From IMG/VR virus record IMGVR_UViG_3300016665_000507, positions 1 through 38,002 of that record: a DNA stretch of 38,002 bases; one strand, given 5' to 3'. This DNA is from a virus (lineage: Duplodnaviria > Caudoviricetes). Below, piece by piece: positions 6,513 to 15,432 of this stretch. A program made the position numbers and the translations under genes. The first letter of the stretch is position 1, and each line of letters begins with the position of its first letter. The notes under the pieces are model-generated. The model had not been told where the DNA came from. It did not search any database and saw only the letters and a list, made by a program, of their open reading frames with translations.

Positions 6513-6917
6513 ATGTCGATGGACCAATTGCGTGGTCTCTGCGTTTCGATGAAAGAGCTGCAAGATCAGAAGGACAAGCTCGAGGAGCAGTTGTCGGGCA
6601 TCAACAAGGCGCTGGACGTGTTGCGCACGAAAGAGATCCCGGAGTTGATGGAGTCGCTGGGTCTCAAGAATGCGACGTTTGAGGGCATTGGTCGCATCCA
6701 GCTCGCGGCCGATATCTTCGCGTCCACTCGTGAGGGAAAGCGCGAAGCCGCGATGGGGTGGTTGCGAGACTGCGGTTACGAAGACATGATCGTTGAGACC
6801 TACAACGCATCAAGTCTGAAAGCGTTGTTTCGACGTCAAATCGCTCAGGGCGTTGAAATACCAGAAGATATCTTCAATGTCCACCCGTTCATCCGCGCCA
6901 GCATCGTAAAAGCATGA
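6513..6917 (+). CDS. Phage replication-module protein with N-terminal coiled coil
   Basis: TAGGAG RBS; IPELMESLG...WLRDCG pattern that I recall from phage proteins encoded next to SSB/polymerase genes. Confidence 0.75.
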   Translation: MSMDQLRGLCVSMKELQDQKDKLEEQLSGINKALDVLRTKEIPELMESLGLKNATFEGIGRIQLAADIFASTREGKREAAMGWLRDCGYEDMIVETYNASSLKALFRRQIAQGVEIPEDIFNVHPFIRASIVKA

Positions 6918-7165
6918 TCAACAGCAAATTCCTCGTTGCCGATTTTGACACGGATAAAGAAGATTGGGAGTTGGTGATTCAGATTCCCAATGAGTTACGC
7001 TCAGAATTTATGGAAGTCATACGTCGAGGCATGGCTTTCGAGCACGGCCAGTCAAAGGCCATGTATGATCTTTGCGACCGGCTGGAATCGCTGGTCGCTC
7101 AACCCGCTGCTACGTGTATTGAGGCGCACCAGCAGTTTAACCCTGCCTCTGTTGAAAGGAAATGA
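6914..7165 (+). CDS. Hypothetical protein, 83 aa
   Basis: ATGA overlap with the previous gene; fills the operon gap. Confidence 0.7.
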   Translation: MINSKFLVADFDTDKEDWELVIQIPNELRSEFMEVIRRGMAFEHGQSKAMYDLCDRLESLVAQPAATCIEAHQQFNPASVERK

Positions 7166-7166
7166 G

Positions 7167-7904
7167 ATGGCTACCAAGAAGCCCGAAACCGCAGTTCAAA
7201 CGGTCGAGCCGACGTTCATCCAGGAGGCACCGGCCTACCTCAATTCCGGAGCCGCTCGCGGTTCCGAGGAGGTCAAAGCATCCGACATGGTGCTGCCGAG
7301 GCTGGAAATCGTTCAGGCGCTATCGCCCATCAAGGAGACCAACGAGCAAGCCCGTGAGGGTCTGCTCTTCAACAGTGTCACCGAACAGATCCTCGGTGAC
7401 ACGGTGTACTTCGTGCCGGTCTATTACCGCATGGAGTACCTCGTGTGGCGTGATCAGGATAAGGGCGGCGGTTTCCTTGGGTCGTTCCCGAGTGCCGCTG
7501 ATGCTGAACACCGCAGGGCACAAGCTGTCGCCGAAGGAGATAGCCCCGAAGATATCGAGGTCGTCGACACCCCGGTCCAGTACGGTCTGCGCATCGAGCC
7601 GTCCGGCCACTTCGAGCAAATCGTGATCAGCATGGCCAAGACCAAGGCCAAGGTCAGCCGGCGTTGGAACGCCATGATCCAGGTCGCAGGCGGCGACAGG
7701 TTCTCTCGTGTGTACAAGATCAGCACGTTCCGTGACGAGAACAAGAAGGGCCAAAAGTTCTTCAATTACGTCGTCCAACCAGCTGGTTTCACGCCCGAGA
7801 AGGTATACCGCGAAGCTGAACGGATCTACGAGGTCTTGAAGATGCAAGACGTTCGAGTCGCGCACGAATCTGTGGTCGAGACCAACGATCGCGACGGCAT
7901 TTAA
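7167..7904 (+). CDS. Putative single-stranded DNA-binding protein
   Basis: AAGGA RBS before ATG 7167; DMVLPRLEIVQALSP motif of a phage SSB-like family; acidic C-terminal end; directly upstream of the polymerase. Confidence 0.6.
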   Translation: MATKKPETAVQTVEPTFIQEAPAYLNSGAARGSEEVKASDMVLPRLEIVQALSPIKETNEQAREGLLFNSVTEQILGDTVYFVPVYYRMEYLVWRDQDKGGGFLGSFPSAADAEHRRAQAVAEGDSPEDIEVVDTPVQYGLRIEPSGHFEQIVISMAKTKAKVSRRWNAMIQVAGGDRFSRVYKISTFRDENKKGQKFFNYVVQPAGFTPEKVYREAERIYEVLKMQDVRVAHESVVETNDRDGI

Positions 7905-7946
7905 TCTCCCTGCCCCCACCAATTCGCAGTTGCCAGTGGGGGTTTT

Positions 7947-7974
7947 CCCTCCGGGTCCGCCCGGAGGGGTTTTT
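7947..7974 (+). terminator. Rho-independent terminator (preceded by a second hairpin + T-run at 7913-7946)
   Basis: CCCTCCGGG-tccg-CCCGGAGGG-GTTTTT. Confidence 0.8.
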
Positions 7975-7988
7975 ATAGTAAGCCTAGT

Positions 7989-9815
7989 ATGTTCCCACAA
8001 ATCCCAAAATCAGACGTCATCAGTCTCGATTACGAGACCACCGGGCTGAATTTCTGGGCTGAAGATTTTAGAATTGTTGGCGTCTCTGTCGCGTGTGAAG
8101 GCGGTGCGTGGTATTGGGACACGATACAGACGCCAAGAGTCGTTGACTGGCTCCGCGACATGCTGCCCGGACGACAGGTGGTCGCCCAGAACGCTCAATA
8201 TGAATACCAGTGCACACGATTGCTAGGCATCGATCCCCGGTCAATTGTCTGGTATTGCACCATGATCAATGCTTGTCTGATTGATGAACATCAGCTCACA
8301 TATGATCTGGCGTCAATTGCGAAATATAACGGGATTGAGTCCAAAAAGCACGAGATTCTCGAGTCTATCCGTACGCAGATGGGGTACGCGACCGCAGCGG
8401 AGGTACTCCGGAGGTTCTCCGAGATACCGGTGGCTATAGCGACCCCGTACGGCATCTCAGACGCTTCCGACGCGCTCCGAATCTACGAGCGCCAGCGCCA
8501 TGAAATCAATAGACAAGGCTTGTGGACGGTCTCTCAGCTTGAGATGGACTTGCTACCTGTCTTAGCTGATATGTCTTGGGGTGGAGTTCGAGTCGATTTG
8601 GAAGCTGCTCATCGGGCAATTCCGATGTTGGATGAATCTGAACACCGGCTGCAAAAAGAAATCGACGAATTGGTCGGTCGTCCGTTCAATGTCAATTCGA
8701 CCCCCCAGATCCGTGACTTTTTTAAGCCCGAACCTGTCAACAAGTTTCAATGGAGATTAATCGATGGTACGCTTGTTGGTCCCACTAAAGGGGGTAAAGG
8801 CCCATCGCTTGACCAAAATGCGATGCGGGAAATCAAACATCCGCTGGCCGAGAAAATACTGGCTCTTCGTAAAACCATCAAGTTACGAGACACATTCATC
8901 AGAGGTCATGTTATCGGAAGTGCTGATGGGGACGGATACGTTCATACGACATTCAATCAAACGCGCAATGACCAAGACGCGGGCACGGTCACGGGCAGAC
9001 TTTCGTCCACTGGACCTGCACTTCAGCAGATCACGAAACGCGACAAAGAAAACGCCGCAATTCTGAGAGCTATGTTTTTGCCTGATGAGGGGCAGCGATG
9101 GTTATGCTGCGACTACAGCCAAGTAGATTTTCGGTGTGGTGCGCACTTGCAGAATGACCCAGCCGTGCTGGCGGCATATGCTACGAACCCAACGCTCGAC
9201 TACCATCAAGTAGTGTCGGATATGACCGGGATACCACGCAACCCGCCTTATGCCGGGGCACCGAACACGAAACAGATTAATCTCGGACTGTCTTTCGGGG
9301 CTGGGACCGGCAAGCTCGCATTCATGATGCATATGCCTTATGAGATCCGAGAATATAAAGGCAAAATGCAATATGTGGCCGGACCAGAAGCGACCCAGAT
9401 ATTCGACCTGTACCATCAAAAGCTACCGGCTGTCAGACAGTTCATGAAGAAGGCCGAAAATGTCGCCAAAGAAACACATTACGTCAAGACTGCTACGGGT
9501 CGCCGTCTTCGTTTTCCTCGTGGGATTGGCGCTCATAAGGCTGCGGGACTCTTGTATCAGGCATATGCGGCGGATCTTCACAAATACGGGTTGATCATGG
9601 TCGACCGTGTGATCCGCGAAGAGCGTCTACCGGCTCGATTGATGATGTCATGTCATGATGAAATTGGCGTCAGTGCCGACGAATTAGACGAGGTACGTAC
9701 AACGGTCGTGCGGCGTTACACGGATTTCAGCTCCGAGTCGTCGCCGATCAAAATGCGGGTGCCAATTACGGCGTCCGGTGATTTCGGTCCTAATTGGTAT
9801 GAGGCGTCGAAATGA
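7989..9815 (+). CDS. dpoZ: Family A DNA polymerase with 3'-5' exonuclease, DpoZ-type
   Basis: ExoI DYETTG; TVTGRLSS; motif A DYSQVDFR; motif B TKQINLGLSFG; motif C SCHDEI; adjacent to purZ. Confidence 0.88.
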   Translation: MFPQIPKSDVISLDYETTGLNFWAEDFRIVGVSVACEGGAWYWDTIQTPRVVDWLRDMLPGRQVVAQNAQYEYQCTRLLGIDPRSIVWYCTMINACLIDEHQLTYDLASIAKYNGIESKKHEILESIRTQMGYATAAEVLRRFSEIPVAIATPYGISDASDALRIYERQRHEINRQGLWTVSQLEMDLLPVLADMSWGGVRVDLEAAHRAIPMLDESEHRLQKEIDELVGRPFNVNSTPQIRDFFKPEPVNKFQWRLIDGTLVGPTKGGKGPSLDQNAMREIKHPLAEKILALRKTIKLRDTFIRGHVIGSADGDGYVHTTFNQTRNDQDAGTVTGRLSSTGPALQQITKRDKENAAILRAMFLPDEGQRWLCCDYSQVDFRCGAHLQNDPAVLAAYATNPTLDYHQVVSDMTGIPRNPPYAGAPNTKQINLGLSFGAGTGKLAFMMHMPYEIREYKGKMQYVAGPEATQIFDLYHQKLPAVRQFMKKAENVAKETHYVKTATGRRLRFPRGIGAHKAAGLLYQAYAADLHKYGLIMVDRVIREERLPARLMMSCHDEIGVSADELDEVRTTVVRRYTDFSSESSPIKMRVPITASGDFGPNWYEASK

Positions 9816-10042
9816 AACTCATGGAATACACCGGCAAAATCGTGGAATTGCGCGGTCACACGGCACTGGTACGCCCCGCTGTATCTCAGGATTTTCCGAT
9901 GCACAAGTTCAATCTCGAAACTTGTGTTATGGCTCAATTTAACAAGATCACATGGTACAATAGTCGACCGTTACACCGTGGATGGCATCCATTCTCCGTC
10001 CGCGATTTTCTCGAAGTCAAGAATGGTAAACAGGTATTCTGA
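9812..10042 (+). CDS. Hypothetical protein, 76 aa, between dpoZ and purZ
   Basis: ATGA overlap with the polymerase stop; GAGG RBS. Confidence 0.7.
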   Translation: MKLMEYTGKIVELRGHTALVRPAVSQDFPMHKFNLETCVMAQFNKITWYNSRPLHRGWHPFSVRDFLEVKNGKQVF

Positions 10043-10056
10043 GGAAAGGAAATAAG

Positions 10057-11136
10057 ATGATCATGAAACTCGATATGGTCGTCGATCTTCAATTCGGATC
10101 GACGGGCAAAGGATTGATTGCCGGGTGGTTGGCGAAACGGATGGGGTACGACACTGCAGTCTGCGCATTCTCGACAAACGCGGGCCACACGTATATCGAC
10201 GGTGCCCGCGGCATTCATGTGATGACACAGCAGCTCCCGACGGCTATCACGAGCCCGACGGTCAAGAACATCTTGATCGGCCCAGGTGCGGCAATTCATG
10301 CCGACACGCTCGCGGCTGAAATTGACCGTTACTGGCAATTCGTGGAGAACAAGCAGATCTTTATCCATCCACATGCTGCGGTGGTGGAGGACTACCACGC
10401 AGATTACGAAATGGCCGACGGACGCACGAAGATGGGGTCCACGGCGAAGGGTGTAGGCGAGGCTTACGTCGAACGAATTCGACGCGACCCATCGAAACCC
10501 AATACCGTCGCCCATCGTTGGGGGGCGAAATCGCATCCTCTACACCAGTATATCACGACCCAGGAGCGTTATCGTGAAATCCTGCGGGGTTCCGAAAACG
10601 TACTGGTTGAAGGCGCTCAGGGATTCTCGCTGTCGATGTACCACGGACATTATCCGTACACGACATCTCGTGATGTGACCCCATTGCAGATCGCTGCCGA
10701 TTGTGCGTTGCCGACAGGATGGATGCGATTCGTACGTGTGATTGGTACGGCGCGCACCTTCCCGATTCGTGTCAATAACCGGGACGGTTCATCCGGTCCT
10801 GGATATGAAGATCAGGTCGAACTGCAGTGGGGTGAAGGCCTTCTCCGGAATGTCGAGCCTGAATTGACGACGGTGACCAAGTTACCGCGCCGGATTTTCA
10901 CGTTCAGCCAACAACAACTAGAGGAGGCGATCTTCCATTGCGGTACTGGATTTCAAGTCGTACCGTTATTTCTCAATTTCGCCAATTATTTCGAGCACGG
11001 TGACGATTTGAGCACGTTGATCGATCAGATCGAGGCGTCACGCTCGAAGATGCTGGTACCTCCCCGCGTTCGATGGCTCGGGTTTGGGCCTGATGATGAC
11101 GATGTCGTGGAAAGGTACAATATCGATGGACGTTGA
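10057..11136 (+). CDS. purZ: N6-succino-2-amino-2'-deoxyadenylate synthase (PurA paralog)
   Basis: DLQFGSTGKG (Ser in place of the PurA GDEGKG Asp); NAGHT; EGAQGFSLS; YPYTTSRD; TTVTK-x-x-RR; FLNFANY instead of PurA TKLD. Confidence 0.95.
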   Translation: MIMKLDMVVDLQFGSTGKGLIAGWLAKRMGYDTAVCAFSTNAGHTYIDGARGIHVMTQQLPTAITSPTVKNILIGPGAAIHADTLAAEIDRYWQFVENKQIFIHPHAAVVEDYHADYEMADGRTKMGSTAKGVGEAYVERIRRDPSKPNTVAHRWGAKSHPLHQYITTQERYREILRGSENVLVEGAQGFSLSMYHGHYPYTTSRDVTPLQIAADCALPTGWMRFVRVIGTARTFPIRVNNRDGSSGPGYEDQVELQWGEGLLRNVEPELTTVTKLPRRIFTFSQQQLEEAIFHCGTGFQVVPLFLNFANYFEHGDDLSTLIDQIEASRSKMLVPPRVRWLGFGPDDDDVVERYNIDGR

Positions 11137-11452
11137 TGTATTAGCTCAAGAAATCCGGGAATGGGCCGACAGTGTATTCCCGGACAGAACCGACGCGAGC
11201 ATGTGGCTGAAGGTATATAGTGAGGCCGCTGAGACAATCCGGTCGAACGGAGACCCGTTGGAAGTCGCCGATCTATTTATCCTTCTGCTGGATTATGCGA
11301 ACCGCAAGAACATCAACTTGACCAATGCCATCATGACAAAGATGGCCATCAACCGGAGAAGACAATGGCAGATCGATCGAATGGGAACGATGAGTCACAT
11401 CAAGACCATAGATTCCGAGCCTACCCAGACTTGGACCCGAGTCTCGAAGTAG
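11126..11452 (+). CDS. mazZ: MazG-like (d)GTP/dATP pyrophosphohydrolase
   Basis: W..PDR..K..SEAAE..DPLEVADLFILLLD..K.AINRRRQW; closely resembles S-2L MazZ as I recall it; directly after purZ. Confidence 0.88.
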   Translation: MDVDVLAQEIREWADSVFPDRTDASMWLKVYSEAAETIRSNGDPLEVADLFILLLDYANRKNINLTNAIMTKMAINRRRQWQIDRMGTMSHIKTIDSEPTQTWTRVSK

Positions 11453-11949
11453 TGATCAGATTCCAGGAGGTCAAACGTTGGCATATGATCGACGTTGCTC
11501 CTACGCAGAATCTGGCGAGTCATTCGGCCACGGTCGCGCTGCTGGCCGGGTATATCGCCCACACCTGTCCGGGCATGTACTTCGGGTCGTCAGCCGAGAT
11601 GATGATTCAGGGGTTGATTCACGATATTGGCGAAACGATGACCGGTGATATTCCCGGTCACGTGAAGCACGTTCTTGGCGAAGGTCCGAAAAAGCTGGAG
11701 CATCAGTTGACGCCACGATGGTTACGTGGCACTGAAGACAGCAATACTCGTCATTTGATCAAGTTATGTGATCTAGCCGAAGCAATTCGTTATGTGAAAA
11801 TCCATGGTATCACGAGAGCCGCGTCCTGGGCAGCGAACCAATTGCGAATAGTTTACGAAAAGCATATTGGGCTAGTCACAGAGGATTGGCCGGACCTTGT
11901 AGTCATCCACGTGGTCAAGAATCTGAATGACTACATGGACACCAGATGA
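11365..11949 (+). CDS. datZ: HD-domain dATP triphosphohydrolase (start uncertain: ATG 11365, TTG 11431 or GTG 11452)
   Basis: KRW..QNLASH..IHDIGETMTGDIP..KLCDLAEA HD motifs; position in the purZ cluster. Confidence 0.88.
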   Translation: MADRSNGNDESHQDHRFRAYPDLDPSLEVVIRFQEVKRWHMIDVAPTQNLASHSATVALLAGYIAHTCPGMYFGSSAEMMIQGLIHDIGETMTGDIPGHVKHVLGEGPKKLEHQLTPRWLRGTEDSNTRHLIKLCDLAEAIRYVKIHGITRAASWAANQLRIVYEKHIGLVTEDWPDLVVIHVVKNLNDYMDTR

Positions 11950-12380
11950 ACAAACGAGAACTCGAATTCAGGCGGCATCTGCTGGACCGGATGTCCGGCC
12001 TGTGGTATCCTACCATCCACGTAGAGAACCACCTGTCTCCCGGCGTGCCGGACCTATCCTTCGTGCTCATTGCCGAGGGATTTGAAACAGGGTGGATTGA
12101 ATTAAAATCAGTGGTGAAGTCAGCCGATGTGTTCGTAGAAGCGTCCCAACATCGGTGGTTCGAACGCCATTGCAAATTCATTCCGACTTGTTTCTTGATT
12201 GAAGTCAATAGTACCGTGTACGTTGTTCCCGGTAATCGGCACGTTCATTTGGTATCGTTGACTGACGGTAAACTGGTCGATCATGCTATTTGTCGGTTCT
12301 CACGTGATGATCTGGCACATAAATTACGTCCTGTCTTGGTTGCGATGACTAAAGTATCAAATAGGGCGTTCTCTGCGTAG
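11946..12380 (+). CDS. PD-(D/E)XK nuclease (VRR-NUC/Holliday junction resolvase-like)
   Basis: VEN..PGVPDL..GWIELKS..Q..W. Confidence 0.8.
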   Translation: MNKRELEFRRHLLDRMSGLWYPTIHVENHLSPGVPDLSFVLIAEGFETGWIELKSVVKSADVFVEASQHRWFERHCKFIPTCFLIEVNSTVYVVPGNRHVHLVSLTDGKLVDHAICRFSRDDLAHKLRPVLVAMTKVSNRAFSA

Positions 12381-12389
12381 GGTTAACAC

Positions 12390-14960
12390 ATGCTGGAATA
12401 TAAACACACGAAACCCGCCGTTATGATCAAGACGGCACTGGACGTGTTACATGAGCCGGGGGAAGTGTTCGAGGTTAGAGTACCAAAAACAAGAATCGGT
12501 ACTCTGAGTGGATATTTCAACGACACTGGCATCGCTGCGATATTCATAACGAAGGAGAATGGCAAACACAAAGCGATCTATACGACCATCAATCCGGTAA
12601 AACCATCGTTAATAGCAAGATCAGAGAACAAGCTTCGTGTCCTTCCAATCACGGAGCCGACTACCTCGGACGCTGAAATCGAGCGGCGCCGGTGGTTTTT
12701 GCTCGATTTCGATCCAGTGCGGCCAGCCGGCATATCGTCTACGGATGCTGAGTTAGAAGCGTCCAAAGAATGTGCCGCGATGACGATGGAATGGTTATCC
12801 AGTATCGGATGGCCGGAACCCGTGCAAGCTTGTAGCGGCAATGGCTGGCACTTGATGTATCGGGTAGATATCCCGAATGATGACGCGGCCCGGATCGACT
12901 TCGAATACGCGACCAAGATGATCGCGTCAGTGTTTTCATCCGCGACAGTTTCCGTCGACACCACGGTTTTTAACGCGGCTCGCGTTTGGAAAATTTACGG
13001 CACGATGACCGCTAAAGGGTCGTCGACCGAAGACCGACCACACCGTATCGCGCACTTGGTCGAAGTACCGGAGACTTTGACGCTACTTACACGCGAACAA
13101 ATCGAAAACGTAGCCCGTCCTCTGCGCGACGCTAATTCCGAAGAATTCAAGAATATGGCCGGTGAATTCATCGGCGATATGGTCAAATGGCTCTCGGATC
13201 GAGGTGTTACCGTAACGAGTGGTCCGAGGCCATTGTTCGGCAACGAGGGCCAGAAATGGGTTATCAGCCATTGCCCCTTCAATCACCAGCATAACGGACC
13301 GATCGTAGGACTGGTCAACAATAGGCCGGTATACCGATGCCTGCATAATTCATGTTCAGCGTTTCGATGGAAAGAATTCCGTGAAAAAATCGATCCTGGT
13401 TATAAAGACCCGGATACTATTTATGTCCGATTAAAGGAATGGTGTGACGGCGACAAGGCGGAAATCGACCAAGAATTGGTTCAGTCCGCATGTGCACTCG
13501 GACGTAAGATCGATGGAATACTTAAGCGTTTGCGGGCAGAAACTGCCAGAGCCAGGGTACTGCTACTTGAAGGATTTCTCAAGGAAGAACGTAAACGTTT
13601 CATCAGAGAGACGATTGGAGAGAATAACGAGAAGGGCAACATAGTCGGCATTATTAATCGTACTCGGACGTACCAAGCAGAAGGTATAGTGCCGACATAT
13701 TGGATAGCTGACTACGATCACCGGGTACGTGTCGGACCGATCGGTGAAATCGATTGTGTGAAATCGTCTGAAAGTGATGAAATCGCTTTGATGGTCAAGT
13801 TCCATAGCGCTGGCGACGCGTGGGTTAAGCAGACTCATTGCGGTCAGGTCATCAAACATCTGGCCGAAGAACATCGGGTCAACCCGTTACGTAATTGGTT
13901 CAAGCAAAAACGTTGGGATGGGACCAAGAGACTCGATACGTGGTTGCCCCATTATATGGGCACGAAGGACGACGACTATACTCGAGCCATTGGCCGAAAG
14001 TGGATGATCTCTGCGGTGGCACGAGGAATGGATCCCGGATGTCAAGCCGACCACATGCTGATCTTTGAGGGCAAACAAGGTGTCGGTAAATCTCGAGCCG
14101 CCCGTATTCTAGGAGGTCAGTTCTATACTGAATACTCAGGTAGCGTTCGCGGCTATAACGCACAGAAAGACATGGTGGCCGTCGTCGTCGGTAAGCTGAT
14201 CGTCGAGATGTCGGAATTGGCGACAATGCGCAAAGCCGACATCGAATCGCTCAAAGCGTTGCTAACTACGTGTGTAGATGATGTGCGCTTGAGTTATGAA
14301 CGTGACGCAAAAGCGTACCCCCGAACCTGTGTGTTTTTGGGTACGACCAATGAGGTGAATGGAGCATATATCGCTGACCCAACTGGAGCCCGTCGATTTT
14401 GGCCAACCGTTGTGGGCGCTGCTGGGCCAGTGCGAAATGACTTGTTGGCCACCGACGTCGATCAATTGTGGGCCGAAGCCGCCGAAGCCTATGAATCTGG
14501 TGAAGATTGGTTCACCGTACCGACTGAAAAGGTACTGATGGAACAAGCCGATCGACAAGTGCTACTCGAGGATTCTGACCCATGGTACATGAAGATTCGA
14601 AATGCTTTGACTGATCCAGATTCATTCGGTGAAATCTTTCATGTCCGGGATGAATACGGTAATGGTATGCCGACCGGACAGAAAATCGTGAGAGCGGGCC
14701 AATTTCACACGATTCTCGGCGCGATTCTCGGTATTGAAACGTCCAAACAGTCGACGGTCGATGTCACAAGAGTCAGAAATATCTTGGCTCACATCGGATT
14801 TAGAAAGGTGCGTCCAGCCCGGGGATGGTTGGGCGCAGCGTATGCCTATGACTTGTTTCGTGAGGCGCAGCCACATCTGTGGCCGGCGATCATGCAAGCA
14901 GCTCAATCGGCGAAATTCCCCAAATCCAAAACCGCCAACCACGTAGAGGATAACGAATGA
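12390..14960 (+). CDS. AEP primase(-polymerase) fused to a Zn-binding region and VapE/VirE-like helicase
   Basis: LLDFD and SGNGWH AEP motifs; CPF..H..CLHNSC; EGKQGVGKS Walker A; VFLGTTN; DPTGARRFWP. Confidence 0.85.
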   Translation: MLEYKHTKPAVMIKTALDVLHEPGEVFEVRVPKTRIGTLSGYFNDTGIAAIFITKENGKHKAIYTTINPVKPSLIARSENKLRVLPITEPTTSDAEIERRRWFLLDFDPVRPAGISSTDAELEASKECAAMTMEWLSSIGWPEPVQACSGNGWHLMYRVDIPNDDAARIDFEYATKMIASVFSSATVSVDTTVFNAARVWKIYGTMTAKGSSTEDRPHRIAHLVEVPETLTLLTREQIENVARPLRDANSEEFKNMAGEFIGDMVKWLSDRGVTVTSGPRPLFGNEGQKWVISHCPFNHQHNGPIVGLVNNRPVYRCLHNSCSAFRWKEFREKIDPGYKDPDTIYVRLKEWCDGDKAEIDQELVQSACALGRKIDGILKRLRAETARARVLLLEGFLKEERKRFIRETIGENNEKGNIVGIINRTRTYQAEGIVPTYWIADYDHRVRVGPIGEIDCVKSSESDEIALMVKFHSAGDAWVKQTHCGQVIKHLAEEHRVNPLRNWFKQKRWDGTKRLDTWLPHYMGTKDDDYTRAIGRKWMISAVARGMDPGCQADHMLIFEGKQGVGKSRAARILGGQFYTEYSGSVRGYNAQKDMVAVVVGKLIVEMSELATMRKADIESLKALLTTCVDDVRLSYERDAKAYPRTCVFLGTTNEVNGAYIADPTGARRFWPTVVGAAGPVRNDLLATDVDQLWAEAAEAYESGEDWFTVPTEKVLMEQADRQVLLEDSDPWYMKIRNALTDPDSFGEIFHVRDEYGNGMPTGQKIVRAGQFHTILGAILGIETSKQSTVDVTRVRNILAHIGFRKVRPARGWLGAAYAYDLFREAQPHLWPAIMQAAQSAKFPKSKTANHVEDNE

Positions 14961-15238
14961 GTGATAGTCTAGGTCATATTTTGAGTGAGCGCGGCGATCG
15001 TTATGGGCCGTTCACCGGCCACGCCGCAGTGACGCAAGATCTGAAACGCGAAGTGAGAATGCATTTAGCCGCTCGCAATAAACGGTTAAGCCCCACCCAA
15101 CAAGAAGCTATCGACATGATTCTTCACAAAATCGGGCGTATCGTGAATGGTGATCCGGATTATGCAGACTCTTGGGTCGACATCGCCGGTTACGCTACAC
15201 TCGTGGTCAACACTTTACAGTCGAAGGAACTAGCATGA
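14957..15238 (+). CDS. DUF6378-like phage protein
   Basis: ERGDRYG..HKIGRIVNGDP..DSWVDIAGYA motif. Confidence 0.7.
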   Translation: MSDSLGHILSERGDRYGPFTGHAAVTQDLKREVRMHLAARNKRLSPTQQEAIDMILHKIGRIVNGDPDYADSWVDIAGYATLVVNTLQSKELA

Positions 15239-15432
15239 ACTGGATGCATCAATCCCTGACGGCAATGTTCCGCCCCGCGTCGCCCGAGGTTCTGGCGGCA
15301 CGCGAACTGGATGAAGCCCGCCGGCAGTTGCTGGCCGCACAGAGCGCCGAGGAGTACGCGCACTCCATGGCCGTTTATCACCAGCGCAGGATCAGTAGAC
15401 TGGAGAGGTATCTCAGAGGAGAGCAGGAATGA
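15235..15432 (+). CDS. Hypothetical helical protein, 65 aa
   Basis: AAGGA RBS; ATGA overlaps at both ends. Confidence 0.75.
   Translation: MNWMHQSLTAMFRPASPEVLAARELDEARRQLLAAQSAEEYAHSMAVYHQRRISRLERYLRGEQE

Noticed and set aside
10057-11136. Ordinary adenylosuccinate synthetase (purA) as an auxiliary metabolic gene
   Set aside because: The catalytic Asp of GDEGKG is Ser, the TKLD GTP-specificity motif is replaced by NFANY, and mazZ/datZ/dpoZ are neighbours, so it is purZ.
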